Below are positions 10,196-18,423 of a stretch of DNA of 64,000 nucleotides, in pieces. Both the position numbers and the translations under genes were made by a program. The notes under the pieces were generated by a model. The model saw only the letters and a list, made by a program, of their open reading frames with translations, was not told the origin of the DNA and did no database searches. The stretch is from Kiritimatiellia bacterium. GTDB lineage: Bacteria; Verrucomicrobiota; Kiritimatiellia; RFP12; UBA1067. Each line of letters begins with the position of its first letter. Position 1 is the stretch's first letter. The DNA is taken from NCBI GenBank assembly GCA_024405395.1, contig JAKSOW010000001.1, positions 6,277 to 70,276 of the forward strand, given 5' to 3'.

Positions 10196-11685
10196 GGCAA
10201 TGAGGCCAGAACTGTAACGTTGCCTTGACCCTGAATTTTTATTGTTCCTGTGATTTTGCCAGAATTCAAATCCAGACTTAACAAACCGATGACCACATTT
10301 TTCCCAGATTTCCTGAAAACAGGCAACCAGGTCGTTACGCAATCGGTACTCTCAACCAACACACTCTTGGTATTGATGCGAAGTCTATTTGGAAACGTTC
10401 CCTTTATTGAAACTACACCTGTCTTCGCTGCCGCCTTCTTCATTACCAACTGTAGTTCTGTTTCATTTTCAAGGATAATCTTACGGTCCATAACATAAAG
10501 ACTCGCAGGAGACTTTGCTGTCCAAAGTGTATGAGAGAAACAAATTCTACGCGACACACCATCTGTAGATATGAAATTTCCTATCAGCTGCCCTTCGGAT
10601 GTAACAGCTAACAAAAATGAACATCCCACTCCCGTTCCTGAAATTTCCAATATACCATCCGATGACAAACTTTTCCACCCTTTAGAAACCGCCTTCAACT
10701 TGTTATCGACACCATCATACTGGATTTTTGCCTGTCCTTTCTCCGAGAGTGTTAAGGATATTATTCCTTGCATCTCGCCATCCTCTGACAATATAAATCC
10801 ACTTGTCTTCACCGACTTTGTGATCGTGAAGGCAGAACAGACTTTAGAAACTGGAACCACAGTAATCGTTAGGGTAAATGTCTGACTGCCCTTCTCTATT
10901 CCTACATCGCGTTTTTCAGCCAGAATCCAAGAACTGGTAAACGTACCTGCTTTAGTTGGATTTCCTTTAAACAAAACCCGTTTAGAGACAGAATCATAGG
11001 ATACCTTTATTCCCGAAGGGAGTCTTCCAGAAGCCTTCTTTACCTGCACCATCCCACCTACCGTATTGGTTACTTGAAAGTATTCCTCAAAAGGAATATG
11101 CTGAACTGACTCAACAGTTGCATTCCGAAGCGCAAACGCCGGCATTGGCTGATCCATAGGTGCCGATGGTCTAGGAGAATCTAAAGTAGAGGAAAATGCA
11201 AAGCCCGAATCAACCAAAACCTTCTCAACTGAACTAGTCAACTGCAACGCTAGGGGCCCAAGTTTCACCGGCATGTATCCATCGCGACCAACAAAAGCTC
11301 TCTCAATTATCGTTCCATCTGTTTTTGGCCAATAGATGCAAAACAACGGCAACTCATTAATCCACGGATTAATAGATCGTATGAATTTAAGTCCTGCTTT
11401 TGCATCTGAATCGCCATCATGACATACGCTCATTATTATGCGGTGGTCATAAAGCCATTCCTGAAAATCAGCACTATCTAGTGCTGACTTCATCTGATTG
11501 CACATTGGACATGAGCTACGTGCCCACAATAACAACATAGGAGTGCATGTCTCGTTAGCATAGCTAAGACCCTTGGAAAACCCCGCATTCCACTCACCTA
11601 AACATATCTCTCCCCTAGAAAAAGAAAAAGCCCATACACTGAAAACTAGAATGATATTAAAAGACAGTACCAAAATTTTTTTCAT
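10192..11685 (-). CDS. secreted thioredoxin-fold protein (CPMC motif) with putative-Ig domains
   Basis: Signal peptide MKKILVLSFNIILVFSVWAFS is present. The thioredoxin-like motif is LLLWARSSCPMCNQMKSAL. The He_PIG motif is RLPSGIKVSYDSVSKRVLFKGNPTKAGTFTSS. The C-terminal AAKTGVVSIKGTFPNRL matches the module shared with the protease and the small Ig protein. Confidence 0.8.
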   Translation of the reverse strand: MKKILVLSFNIILVFSVWAFSFSRGEICLGEWNAGFSKGLSYANETCTPMLLLWARSSCPMCNQMKSALDSADFQEWLYDHRIIMSVCHDGDSDAKAGLKFIRSINPWINELPLFCIYWPKTDGTIIERAFVGRDGYMPVKLGPLALQLTSSVEKVLVDSGFAFSSTLDSPRPSAPMDQPMPAFALRNATVESVQHIPFEEYFQVTNTVGGMVQVKKASGRLPSGIKVSYDSVSKRVLFKGNPTKAGTFTSSWILAEKRDVGIEKGSQTFTLTITVVPVSKVCSAFTITKSVKTSGFILSEDGEMQGIISLTLSEKGQAKIQYDGVDNKLKAVSKGWKSLSSDGILEISGTGVGCSFLLAVTSEGQLIGNFISTDGVSRRICFSHTLWTAKSPASLYVMDRKIILENETELQLVMKKAAAKTGVVSIKGTFPNRLRINTKSVLVESTDCVTTWLPVFRKSGKNVVIGLLSLDLNSGKITGTIKIQGQGNVTVLASLP

Positions 11686-11687
11686 TG

Positions 11688-12614
11688 CTACTCTCCTTCA
11701 GAATTTTGCCCTTCTTCTTTTGAAATCGTTTTATCAAAATTTTTTCTCTCTGGTATATCGTACTCTGTGTCGTTTATGATTTTCATACCAGAAATATCTA
11801 TTTCTGGGTCAAATACCTCTGGGTGAAGAGATGCTCGATAGACTGGTATGTCATCAGATTCTTCTGACAAATCAATGTTCTCATTGACCCAGGCTTGTGC
11901 AGCCTCAAACGTCGTATACTCCTCCCCTGTTAGAAAAGAATAAGACTCAAGTGCTACATCCACAACATCTGGATTCTCACTATTAATCAAGGCTACCACT
12001 GACTCAATCGCCGTAAAAGTTGATAGTTCATTCAAATTAAAAGCGATATCTTCCAACATATCACGGTCTTTAATCACACCCATTGTAGCTTCAATAATTG
12101 TAGCCTTAACACGCTCATCTTCGACTTGACCTAAAGCAGATAACCAAAGATCTTGTGCAGCATCACGAACATTTTCATCCTGATCAACAAGAAAAGGCGT
12201 CAACTCAGGAAGGGCTTCCTCATTAAACCAACCAAGTGCCTCAATGGCTCTAAGGCGAACAATCTCATTTGTGGAATTTCCCATTAGTTTTGCAAGTTCT
12301 TGAACTGTAGTGAAATCCTCGGCATTAAGAGCTTTATCAACTTCATCAAACAACCGTCGATCCTGTGGCGAAACCTCATCAGGAATTTGAGATCGATCAA
12401 CTTTTCGTTTTTCCCGCCTTAATGTATTAACTTTAATGCTCGTATCCCTTATCTCAACTAGTTGCTTAACATTTGCCGGTTTGCGCCTTGATATACGCAT
12501 TCCAGTTCCAGATCTATTAGTTTGCCCCTCAGTCTCTTTATTGGTTGAAATATTGAAAATGAAAATGGCTATCGTGAATAAAATTACTGAAACTAAAAAA
12601 ATCTTAATTTTCAT
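11688..12614 (-). CDS. HEAT-repeat protein with N-terminal membrane anchor, paralogue of 9554..10195
   Basis: The track ORF extends to 12659. Met16 (MKIKIFLVSVILFTIAIFIF) starts 2 nt after the upstream stop, verified in the sequence. HEAT motif VRLRAIEALGWFNEEALPELTPFLVDQDENVRDAAQDLW is nearly identical in pattern to the gene at 9554. The C-terminal tail is acidic. Confidence 0.75.
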   Translation of the reverse strand: MKIKIFLVSVILFTIAIFIFNISTNKETEGQTNRSGTGMRISRRKPANVKQLVEIRDTSIKVNTLRREKRKVDRSQIPDEVSPQDRRLFDEVDKALNAEDFTTVQELAKLMGNSTNEIVRLRAIEALGWFNEEALPELTPFLVDQDENVRDAAQDLWLSALGQVEDERVKATIIEATMGVIKDRDMLEDIAFNLNELSTFTAIESVVALINSENPDVVDVALESYSFLTGEEYTTFEAAQAWVNENIDLSEESDDIPVYRASLHPEVFDPEIDISGMKIINDTEYDIPERKNFDKTISKEEGQNSEGE

Positions 12615-12615
12615 T

Positions 12616-13692
12616 TTACTTCTTCCTTTTACGCGTTGGGAAAACGATACCTTCTCCATAAGGATATTTGATAATCGCTTTCTTACGCAAATCGCGAATA
12701 GTATTCCCGATAACCTCTTCCTGTCGTTCCTTAATCAATTCACGTTTTATGAATTCAGGATCCTCGTCAAATATTATGGCTGTTCGCCAAACAATGCGGG
12801 CAAGATGGCGAGCAAATACTGTTCCATCACCATTCACATCTTCTTTATCGCCCAAAAATTTTACTATCTCTATCCCATCATCGGTTGTCATAACATCTGT
12901 AATCTCACCAGGCTTTAAACATACTATGCTCTCCCAATAAACTGGGGCTTCCATTGAGAAGTCATCAGCCGTGCAAAAACCCAAGTCACCTCCTGGATTT
13001 TTTTCTTCATCCTGTGAAAAATCATCAGCCAGCTCAGAGAAATCTGCACCAGCCCTTGCCCTTGCCAAAACGTTAGTTGCTTCTGCATAAATGTGAATAT
13101 TTGTCTGCACCATACGCGCATTGTATGCAATCGTTTGCGCCACTTGATTTGAAATTGCTTCGGCAGATACCAGCATTTGAGTTGCCAATGCCGTCTTAAT
13201 GTAGTGCTGGCTCCATAAATCCAGCTCTAGCATCTCTTCAATCACATGACAATTAACACCTTTATCAAAGGAACAAAGTTGTTTGAAAGACATTCCTTTT
13301 TTACCATAGCTTAACGCATATTTTTCCTGAAGCTTCAACCTTTCTTCTTTTGTTGGCACAAAATTCATCCGTTTTGCTTCACTTGCCAACAATGCCATCG
13401 GAAAAAAGTTTTGATATTCTTTCTCCCGAAACCGCGTCTTTAGCATTTGAAACTTATGATCTGCTATAGTACCGACTTTCGCTTTGGCAAAACTCAATTT
13501 TGCCATAATTTGACCCTCATATTGTCCCTTGGTCAACTTTATACCATTGACTTCTACAAGCACCGAGTCAGAGTTGAGGCTACTATATGTTTCTCTCGTG
13601 CCTTTCGCACCATAAACATTGTTTATCCCGAAAGTAAGAAACAACAAAACTATACGAACAATTTTAAATGGAGTATAAGTTTTCATTTCCAC
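12616..13692 (-). CDS. periplasmic chaperone/peptidyl-prolyl isomerase, SurA-N-like domain plus PpiC (parvulin) domain
   Basis: A signal-peptide-like N-terminus is present. The parvulin motif region is FSELADDFSQDEEKNPGGDLGFCTADDFSMEAPVYWESIVCLKPGEITDVMTTDDGIEIVKFLG. Confidence 0.8.
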   Translation of the reverse strand: MEMKTYTPFKIVRIVLLFLTFGINNVYGAKGTRETYSSLNSDSVLVEVNGIKLTKGQYEGQIMAKLSFAKAKVGTIADHKFQMLKTRFREKEYQNFFPMALLASEAKRMNFVPTKEERLKLQEKYALSYGKKGMSFKQLCSFDKGVNCHVIEEMLELDLWSQHYIKTALATQMLVSAEAISNQVAQTIAYNARMVQTNIHIYAEATNVLARARAGADFSELADDFSQDEEKNPGGDLGFCTADDFSMEAPVYWESIVCLKPGEITDVMTTDDGIEIVKFLGDKEDVNGDGTVFARHLARIVWRTAIIFDEDPEFIKRELIKERQEEVIGNTIRDLRKKAIIKYPYGEGIVFPTRKRKK

Positions 13693-13778
13693 TGCTATCT
13701 CAAATGTAAAAAGCGGGAGGAAGCACTTTCATGCATCCACCCGCCTTGTCTCAATTATTCGCCCTTCGGCGAATAACC

Positions 13779-14657
13779 TTACTTAGCATACGCAGGCATA
13801 TAGGCAGCAACACCCTTAGTACCATTGGCAATCTTCTTGCTGTACTTCAGCTTCCACGTACCATACGCAGCAAGCAGTTCAGAACCAGCAGATTCGGTAA
13901 GATCGTCACAAACCGCACCGAAATCATCGCAGATACCAACAAGACCAGCCCAGTGATAGTCACACTCACGAATGGTAGGATCACCCGTCACCGAACCGGC
14001 AACACTACCAGAAACGTTCTTGACAACACCCTTCTTGACATCAAACGAACCAAGACCAGCGAGCTTAAGGTCGTAATCACTGAAATCAGCCGTTTCAGCA
14101 TTAAAACCACCTGCCCCATCCGAGACATTACGCCAAGCATAGTCAATCCAACCCATGTCACCATTCTCATCCTTGGCGTACACCTGCTCCTTACCAGCGA
14201 AGTCCCAGACCATGGAAACCTTGTTGGCCTTCTTCTCGTAACGATAAACCTCATCGCCAACAGCCGACTTGAAGTCATTAGCCTTGTATTTCTCAACAGT
14301 CTTACCGCCTTCGACAACAGTCTCCGTAGTGAGGTAATCACCAATCACGTGCTGGAAGCCCTTATCGGTACGCCAAATCACGTACTGGGCACCATCAAAA
14401 TCGCAAGCCGACTTGCAGTTCCAAATGATACCCTTCAGCGTACGCTTACCATTCTTGTAGTAGGAGACACACGTTTTCGTCTCACCCAAGCACGCACTAC
14501 CACCCTTGCACTTAAGGGTCTTGGGAGCGAGCGTCTTAAGCTTGATCGTAAGATCATAAGCCTGACAATCCGAACTCGGATCAATCGTGCAGAGGTCACC
14601 TGCAAAAACACCAATACCAGCAGCTGCAACAGCGGCAGCAATCATCAACTTCTTCAT
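13779..14657 (-). CDS. secreted Cys-rich protein (paralogue of 5266..6048), unknown function
   Basis: The track ORF extends to 14750. The start at Met32 (MKKLMIAAAVAAAGIGVFAG signal peptide) was verified in the sequence. About 16 Cys. The conserved C-terminus GTWKLKYSKKI...AYMPAYAK is shared with the 5266 gene. The overlapping plus-strand ORF 13731..14732 is low-complexity antisense. Confidence 0.75.
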   Translation of the reverse strand: MKKLMIAAAVAAAGIGVFAGDLCTIDPSSDCQAYDLTIKLKTLAPKTLKCKGGSACLGETKTCVSYYKNGKRTLKGIIWNCKSACDFDGAQYVIWRTDKGFQHVIGDYLTTETVVEGGKTVEKYKANDFKSAVGDEVYRYEKKANKVSMVWDFAGKEQVYAKDENGDMGWIDYAWRNVSDGAGGFNAETADFSDYDLKLAGLGSFDVKKGVVKNVSGSVAGSVTGDPTIRECDYHWAGLVGICDDFGAVCDDLTESAGSELLAAYGTWKLKYSKKIANGTKGVAAYMPAYAK

Positions 14658-15055
14658 TTTTTTTCCTTTTTTAACCGGGTAGAATCCCGTGCCTTTACGA
14701 CGGTCGATCGTTTCCCAGATGAAAACCGCTGAGATATTCGGCCGGGCCACACTAGTATACCCGTACTTTTTTACAGGAGCTACCCTGATCTCTCACGCTT
14801 CGGGGCTGCATTCAGTAGCCCAGCACGTAACAATCTTTCGACCATTACTCCTAGGGTACTGGACTAATCCAGCCACCCTTCCACGGGAGAAACGCGCATA
14901 TCATATCAAAAGTCGTTTTGCCTTGCAAGTGGGAAATCAATTTTTTTTTCATTTTCTTTGTCACAACGCCACCAGGTGGATTTGCCTTGTAAGACTATTT
15001 AATGAGCGCACCATACACAATGCAAATGCAAAACTCTCTTGTTCATAAACAGAAC

Positions 15056-15077
15056 AGCTCGTCGGTTGACGAGCTGC
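15056..15077 (-). terminator. perfect 9-bp hairpin (CAGCTCGTC-GGTT-GACGAGCTG) followed by a U-rich tract on the minus strand, downstream of the bS22-like gene
   Basis: The inverted repeat was read directly. The minus-strand flank UUCUGUUUAU is U-rich. Confidence 0.45.
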
Positions 15078-15119
15078 TTGTTGATTGATGCCTTGAAGCA
15101 TCTTATCCTATAATAAGGA

Positions 15120-15209
15120 TTACTTGTTTTTGTGGCGCTGCGCCTTCATGCGCTTGTCGTATTTGTGCTTCGACATTTTTTTCCGCCGTTTTTTCTTGAT
15201 CGAACCCAT
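15120..15209 (-). CDS. 29-aa highly basic protein MGSIKKKRRKKMSKHKYDKRMKAQRHKNK, ribosomal protein bS22-like (AURKAIP1/COX24-type)
   Basis: Not in the ORF track because it is under 60 aa. Hand translation shows a strong RBS (AAGGAG 6 nt upstream). The MGS(I/V)IKKRRKRM-type N-terminus is characteristic of bS22. A terminator hairpin follows. Confidence 0.65.
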   Translation of the reverse strand: MGSIKKKRRKKMSKHKYDKRMKAQRHKNK

Positions 15210-15279
15210 TTTGTTCTCCTTGGTTGAGGGTTTAAAGCAACTGAGGCCCCTTAGCCCAGATGCCTATTGGCCCGTTGCT

Positions 15280-16149
15280 TTAGAAGATGATCTTGTTGAG
15301 CGGCAGCTCAATGATGCCAGTAGCGCCCGCCGCGCTCAGAACCGGAATCAAATCGCGCACCTGCTTCTCCTCGACAACCGACTCCACCGCGAACCAGCCT
15401 GCGTCATTGAGCTTGTTCACCGTGGGCGCGTGCAACGCCGGAAGCGCCGCCACAATCTTATCGAGCTTCTTCTCAGGCGCGTTGAGCTTGATGAGCACGC
15501 GCTTCTGGGCTTCAAGCGCCGCCACAAGCAACATCTTGATCTGCTCGATCTTCGCACGCTTCGCCTTGTTGGCCCACGCCTTCTTGTTGGCGATGAGGCG
15601 CGTCGTCGACGTAAGGATCGTGTCGACGATGCGAAGGTTGTTCGCACGCAGCGACGAACCCGTCTCGGTAAGATCGACGATTGCGTCCACCAGCTCAGGC
15701 GCCTTCACTTCCGTGGCGCCCCAGCTGAATTCGACATCGGCCTTGACGCCGTTCTTCTTCAGATAACGCTTCACGATGCCCAGGGCTTCCGTGGAGATGC
15801 GCTTGCCCTGAAGATCCTTCACGCTCTTGATCTTGGAGTCGTTCGGAACCGCGAGAACCCAACGAACCGGATTGGACGTGGCCTTAGAATAGTTGAGCTC
15901 GCAGACGTCCTCGACGTCCGAACCATTTTCGTACACCCAGTCCCAACCGCAGATGCCCGCATCCAGGAGACCCATCTCAACATAGCGGCTCATTTCCTGC
16001 GGACGGAGCAGGCGGCACTTGATCTCCGCATCATCAATCGTGGGGAAATAGGAACGCGACGAGCAGGAAACATTAAACCCTGCGCGCTTGAAAAGCGCGA
16101 AGGTCGATTCCTGAAGGCTACCCTTCGGCAGACCAAGAACAATTGCCAT
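15280..16149 (-). CDS. hisG: ATP phosphoribosyltransferase, long form with C-terminal regulatory domain
   Basis: 289 aa with typical HisG-long conservation throughout. The antisense track ORF 15124..16347 is rejected. Confidence 0.95.
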   Translation of the reverse strand: MAIVLGLPKGSLQESTFALFKRAGFNVSCSSRSYFPTIDDAEIKCRLLRPQEMSRYVEMGLLDAGICGWDWVYENGSDVEDVCELNYSKATSNPVRWVLAVPNDSKIKSVKDLQGKRISTEALGIVKRYLKKNGVKADVEFSWGATEVKAPELVDAIVDLTETGSSLRANNLRIVDTILTSTTRLIANKKAWANKAKRAKIEQIKMLLVAALEAQKRVLIKLNAPEKKLDKIVAALPALHAPTVNKLNDAGWFAVESVVEEKQVRDLIPVLSAAGATGIIELPLNKIIF

Positions 16150-16247
16150 TTACAGTATCTCCATTTGTTCGAAAGCACCCATTATAACATAAAGTGCCTT
16201 GAACCGCAAGTAGTTGCGTTTACAGAATTTTCAGGCGGCAAAAATGG

Positions 16248-16829
16248 TCAAAGAGCCTGCAGCGAACGAAGCTCCGCCATTTCCGCACGACGTGCGCGTG
16301 CCCAAGCCGCCACATCGACTTCGGGCGGCAATGTGGGCGTCACATAAGGCATGCCGCATGTTGCGCAGCAGGCACCTTTGTTCAGCGGAGCACCACAAGA
16401 GGGACATCTCGTCTCAAGCACTTCGCCACAAATGGCGCACCGCTTGGCACCCACGAATGGCGCAGCCATGCCGGCAATCGGGCGGAGAAAAAGACGCCCC
16501 TCCAGCACATAGGGTGCATTCGAAAGGCAATGTGCGGACGGACAAAAGCCAATCAGCGCATCCGCAGGCAAAACCATGGAAGGCAAGGCGGGCATTGCAT
16601 TCTGGACTGCATCAGCCACTTTCTTGGCCGCGGGTTCCAAAGACACGCCCACTTTCTCGGCAAACTTCTTGATTACCTCTTCCGAGAGTTTTGTACCGTC
16701 TCCAGCTTCGAACATTGAAATGGCCGGCTGTTTGCAGCCAAGTTCACGCGCCAACGCGGACTGGGAAATACCCTGTTCGCGGCGTGCCTGGCCGATGCTG
16801 CGGCAAATCTCTGGAGAAATGTTCTTCAC
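16248..16829 (-). CDS. XRE-family HTH transcriptional regulator with C-terminal Cys-rich zinc-ribbon domain
   Basis: The HTH is GISQSALARELGCKQPAISMFEAG. C-terminal CxxC pairs (CAICG, CPSCG, CATCG) are present. Confidence 0.85.
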   Translation of the reverse strand: MKNISPEICRSIGQARREQGISQSALARELGCKQPAISMFEAGDGTKLSEEVIKKFAEKVGVSLEPAAKKVADAVQNAMPALPSMVLPADALIGFCPSAHCLSNAPYVLEGRLFLRPIAGMAAPFVGAKRCAICGEVLETRCPSCGAPLNKGACCATCGMPYVTPTLPPEVDVAAWARARRAEMAELRSLQAL

Positions 16830-16894
16830 GTTACGTCTACTTTCGTCGGACGGCTAATAGTATGCTCTTTTTTCCGCCCAAAAGCAAGCATGAG

Positions 16895-17001
16895 TTATAA
16901 ACAGTTATAAACAGCCTTATAAACAATATGAGTTATAAACAACCTTTCATAACCATGTTTATAACCTACTTATAAACAACTGTTTATAACCTTGTGTATA
17001 A
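16895..17001. promoter_or_regulatory. array of eight DnaA-box-like 9-mers (5 direct TTATAAACA, 2 inverted TGTTTATAA, 1 TGTGTATAA) in 107 bp; candidate oriC box cluster or operator array of the adjacent XRE regulator
   Basis: The boxes are at 16895, 16905, 16917, 16933, 16956(rev), 16970, 16981(rev) and 16993(rev). They match TTATNCACA at 7-8 of 9 positions. The array lies 1.4 kb beyond dnaN and 65-170 bp upstream of the XRE gene start. Confidence 0.5.
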
Positions 17002-17035
17002 GTTGTATATCCTTTGTTGGCTAAGCAATAACAAT

Positions 17036-17063
17036 GGGGCACATCTACTTGAGATAGTGCCCC
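17036..17063 (-). terminator. 7-bp stem hairpin (GGGGCAC...GTGCCCC) downstream of the methyltransferase gene
   Basis: The inverted repeat was read directly. The 14-nt loop and moderate U content in the flank make it weak. Confidence 0.25.
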
Positions 17064-17112
17064 AATGCGTCCAAAAAAGCCAGACGCTACAGTTTGTGCC
17101 AATCAAACCGGC

Positions 17113-18375
17113 TTATTCGCCTTTGGCCTTGCAGCCTGGATACACAAAGAGTCTGCAATCGATCGGTCCGTTGAAGAACGGCACGCGCGCAATGTAATAG
17201 AGTTCCACAAGCTTCGCAAGATCCGGGTTTCCGGTGATCAAGCCGCCCGTCATTCCCGCACACTTGTCATGCATGAACGTGCCAATGCGCGTATAGATCG
17301 GCTCCAGCTCGGCGGCATCGCCCAGACGAATGCCATACTCGGGATTGAAGAACACCACTCCGTTGGGTGAACTCTTGGAACAGTCAGCCTCAGGGTTCGC
17401 CAAAGGCGGCACTGGCGTGTCGCCAAAATCGCAGGCCTTGAATGTGATGTACTCGTTGACGCCCGCTGCGTGCGCATTGATCTGCGCATTCTGAACCGCC
17501 TCGGGAGAGATGTCCGTCGCGTAGATAGGCGGCAGATTGTCCGTCTTCTCGTTTTCGGCGGCCTCCAGGACCATATCCTTCCAGATTTGCTCGGGCGTGA
17601 CGCCAAAACGCTGACGCGGAGCCGAACGCGGAGCCGTTTCGCCGGGAATGATCTGGTTCCACCCCTTTATCGACATGAAGGCAAAACGGCTGCGCAACGA
17701 GCCCGGCGCACGGCCGATGGCGGCCAGTGCCGCCTCAATGGCCGGCGTGCCGGAGCCGCACATCGGGGAAATGAAAGGCGTCTTGCGATCCCACTTGAGC
17801 GCATCGATGCAGGCGGCCGCCAAGGTCTCCTGCATAGGCGCCGAGCCCGGAATCTTGCGGTAGCCGCGTTTGGAAAGCGGGGAACCGCTTGTATCCAAAT
17901 AGATGATCACACGCCGATCTTCCCAATGCACGAAAACGGCGGCACCAAGGTCATAGTCGGGACCCGAGTCCGGACGCCGCCCCACCTTGCTGCGGATTCG
18001 GTCGGCAATGGCGTCCTTGGTCACAAGCGCCGGCAGACGCGTATCGCGCACGGTGTCATTATGGACAATCGACGAAACCGAAAAATAGCCATCCGCATCA
18101 AAGAGGTTTTCCCAGTCAATGGAGGCCACCTTGTCGTACAATTCGCGGATATGGCGGCAAGTCCCCCGCAGGAGCGGCACCAGGACACGGTGTGCCGTGC
18201 GCAGACGAAGATTAAGGCGCAGCATATCCCGCATGGCACCGCGAACGACAACGGTGTTGTCACTCTTGTCGATCACCTTGTATCCCATGCCCTCAACTTC
18301 CTGAATCGTCCAGGGAGCCAGATGCTTGGCGCACGAAATGATGATGGGATAGTTCTTATCTGTCCACAGTTTCAT
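17113..18375 (-). CDS. THUMP-domain class I SAM-dependent RNA (m2G) methyltransferase, RlmL-N / Trm14-like
   Basis: The track ORF extends to 18528. Met52 (MKLWTDK) follows a perfect RBS AGGAG, verified. The SAM-binding motif is SPMCGSGTPAIEAALA. The NPPY-type catalytic motif is FFNPEYG. Confidence 0.85.
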   Translation of the reverse strand: MKLWTDKNYPIIISCAKHLAPWTIQEVEGMGYKVIDKSDNTVVVRGAMRDMLRLNLRLRTAHRVLVPLLRGTCRHIRELYDKVASIDWENLFDADGYFSVSSIVHNDTVRDTRLPALVTKDAIADRIRSKVGRRPDSGPDYDLGAAVFVHWEDRRVIIYLDTSGSPLSKRGYRKIPGSAPMQETLAAACIDALKWDRKTPFISPMCGSGTPAIEAALAAIGRAPGSLRSRFAFMSIKGWNQIIPGETAPRSAPRQRFGVTPEQIWKDMVLEAAENEKTDNLPPIYATDISPEAVQNAQINAHAAGVNEYITFKACDFGDTPVPPLANPEADCSKSSPNGVVFFNPEYGIRLGDAAELEPIYTRIGTFMHDKCAGMTGGLITGNPDLAKLVELYYIARVPFFNGPIDCRLFVYPGCKAKGE

Positions 18376-18423
18376 GGTATCTCCTACTAAAGGGCACCCT
18401 TTGGCCCGATATTTTGGACAAGA

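Noticed and set aside
14658-15119. 460-bp noncoding stretch between the operon and the bS22-like gene, examined for a structured RNA (RNase P, SRP, tmRNA, 6S, riboswitch)
   Set aside because: No conserved sequence blocks of those RNAs were recognisable by eye (no GGAAGCAGCC-type SRP motif and no tmRNA tag frame). Only a CCACCAGGTGG palindrome and the terminator hairpin were seen, so it is left as promoter/terminator space.
13731-16347. Plus-strand ORFs 13731..14732 (333 aa) and 15124..16347 (407 aa)
   Set aside because: They are antisense to the Cys-rich secreted gene and to hisG respectively. The products are Thr/Arg/Ile/Leu-rich low-complexity strings. The minus-strand genes have a signal peptide plus a conserved paralogue, or full HisG conservation.
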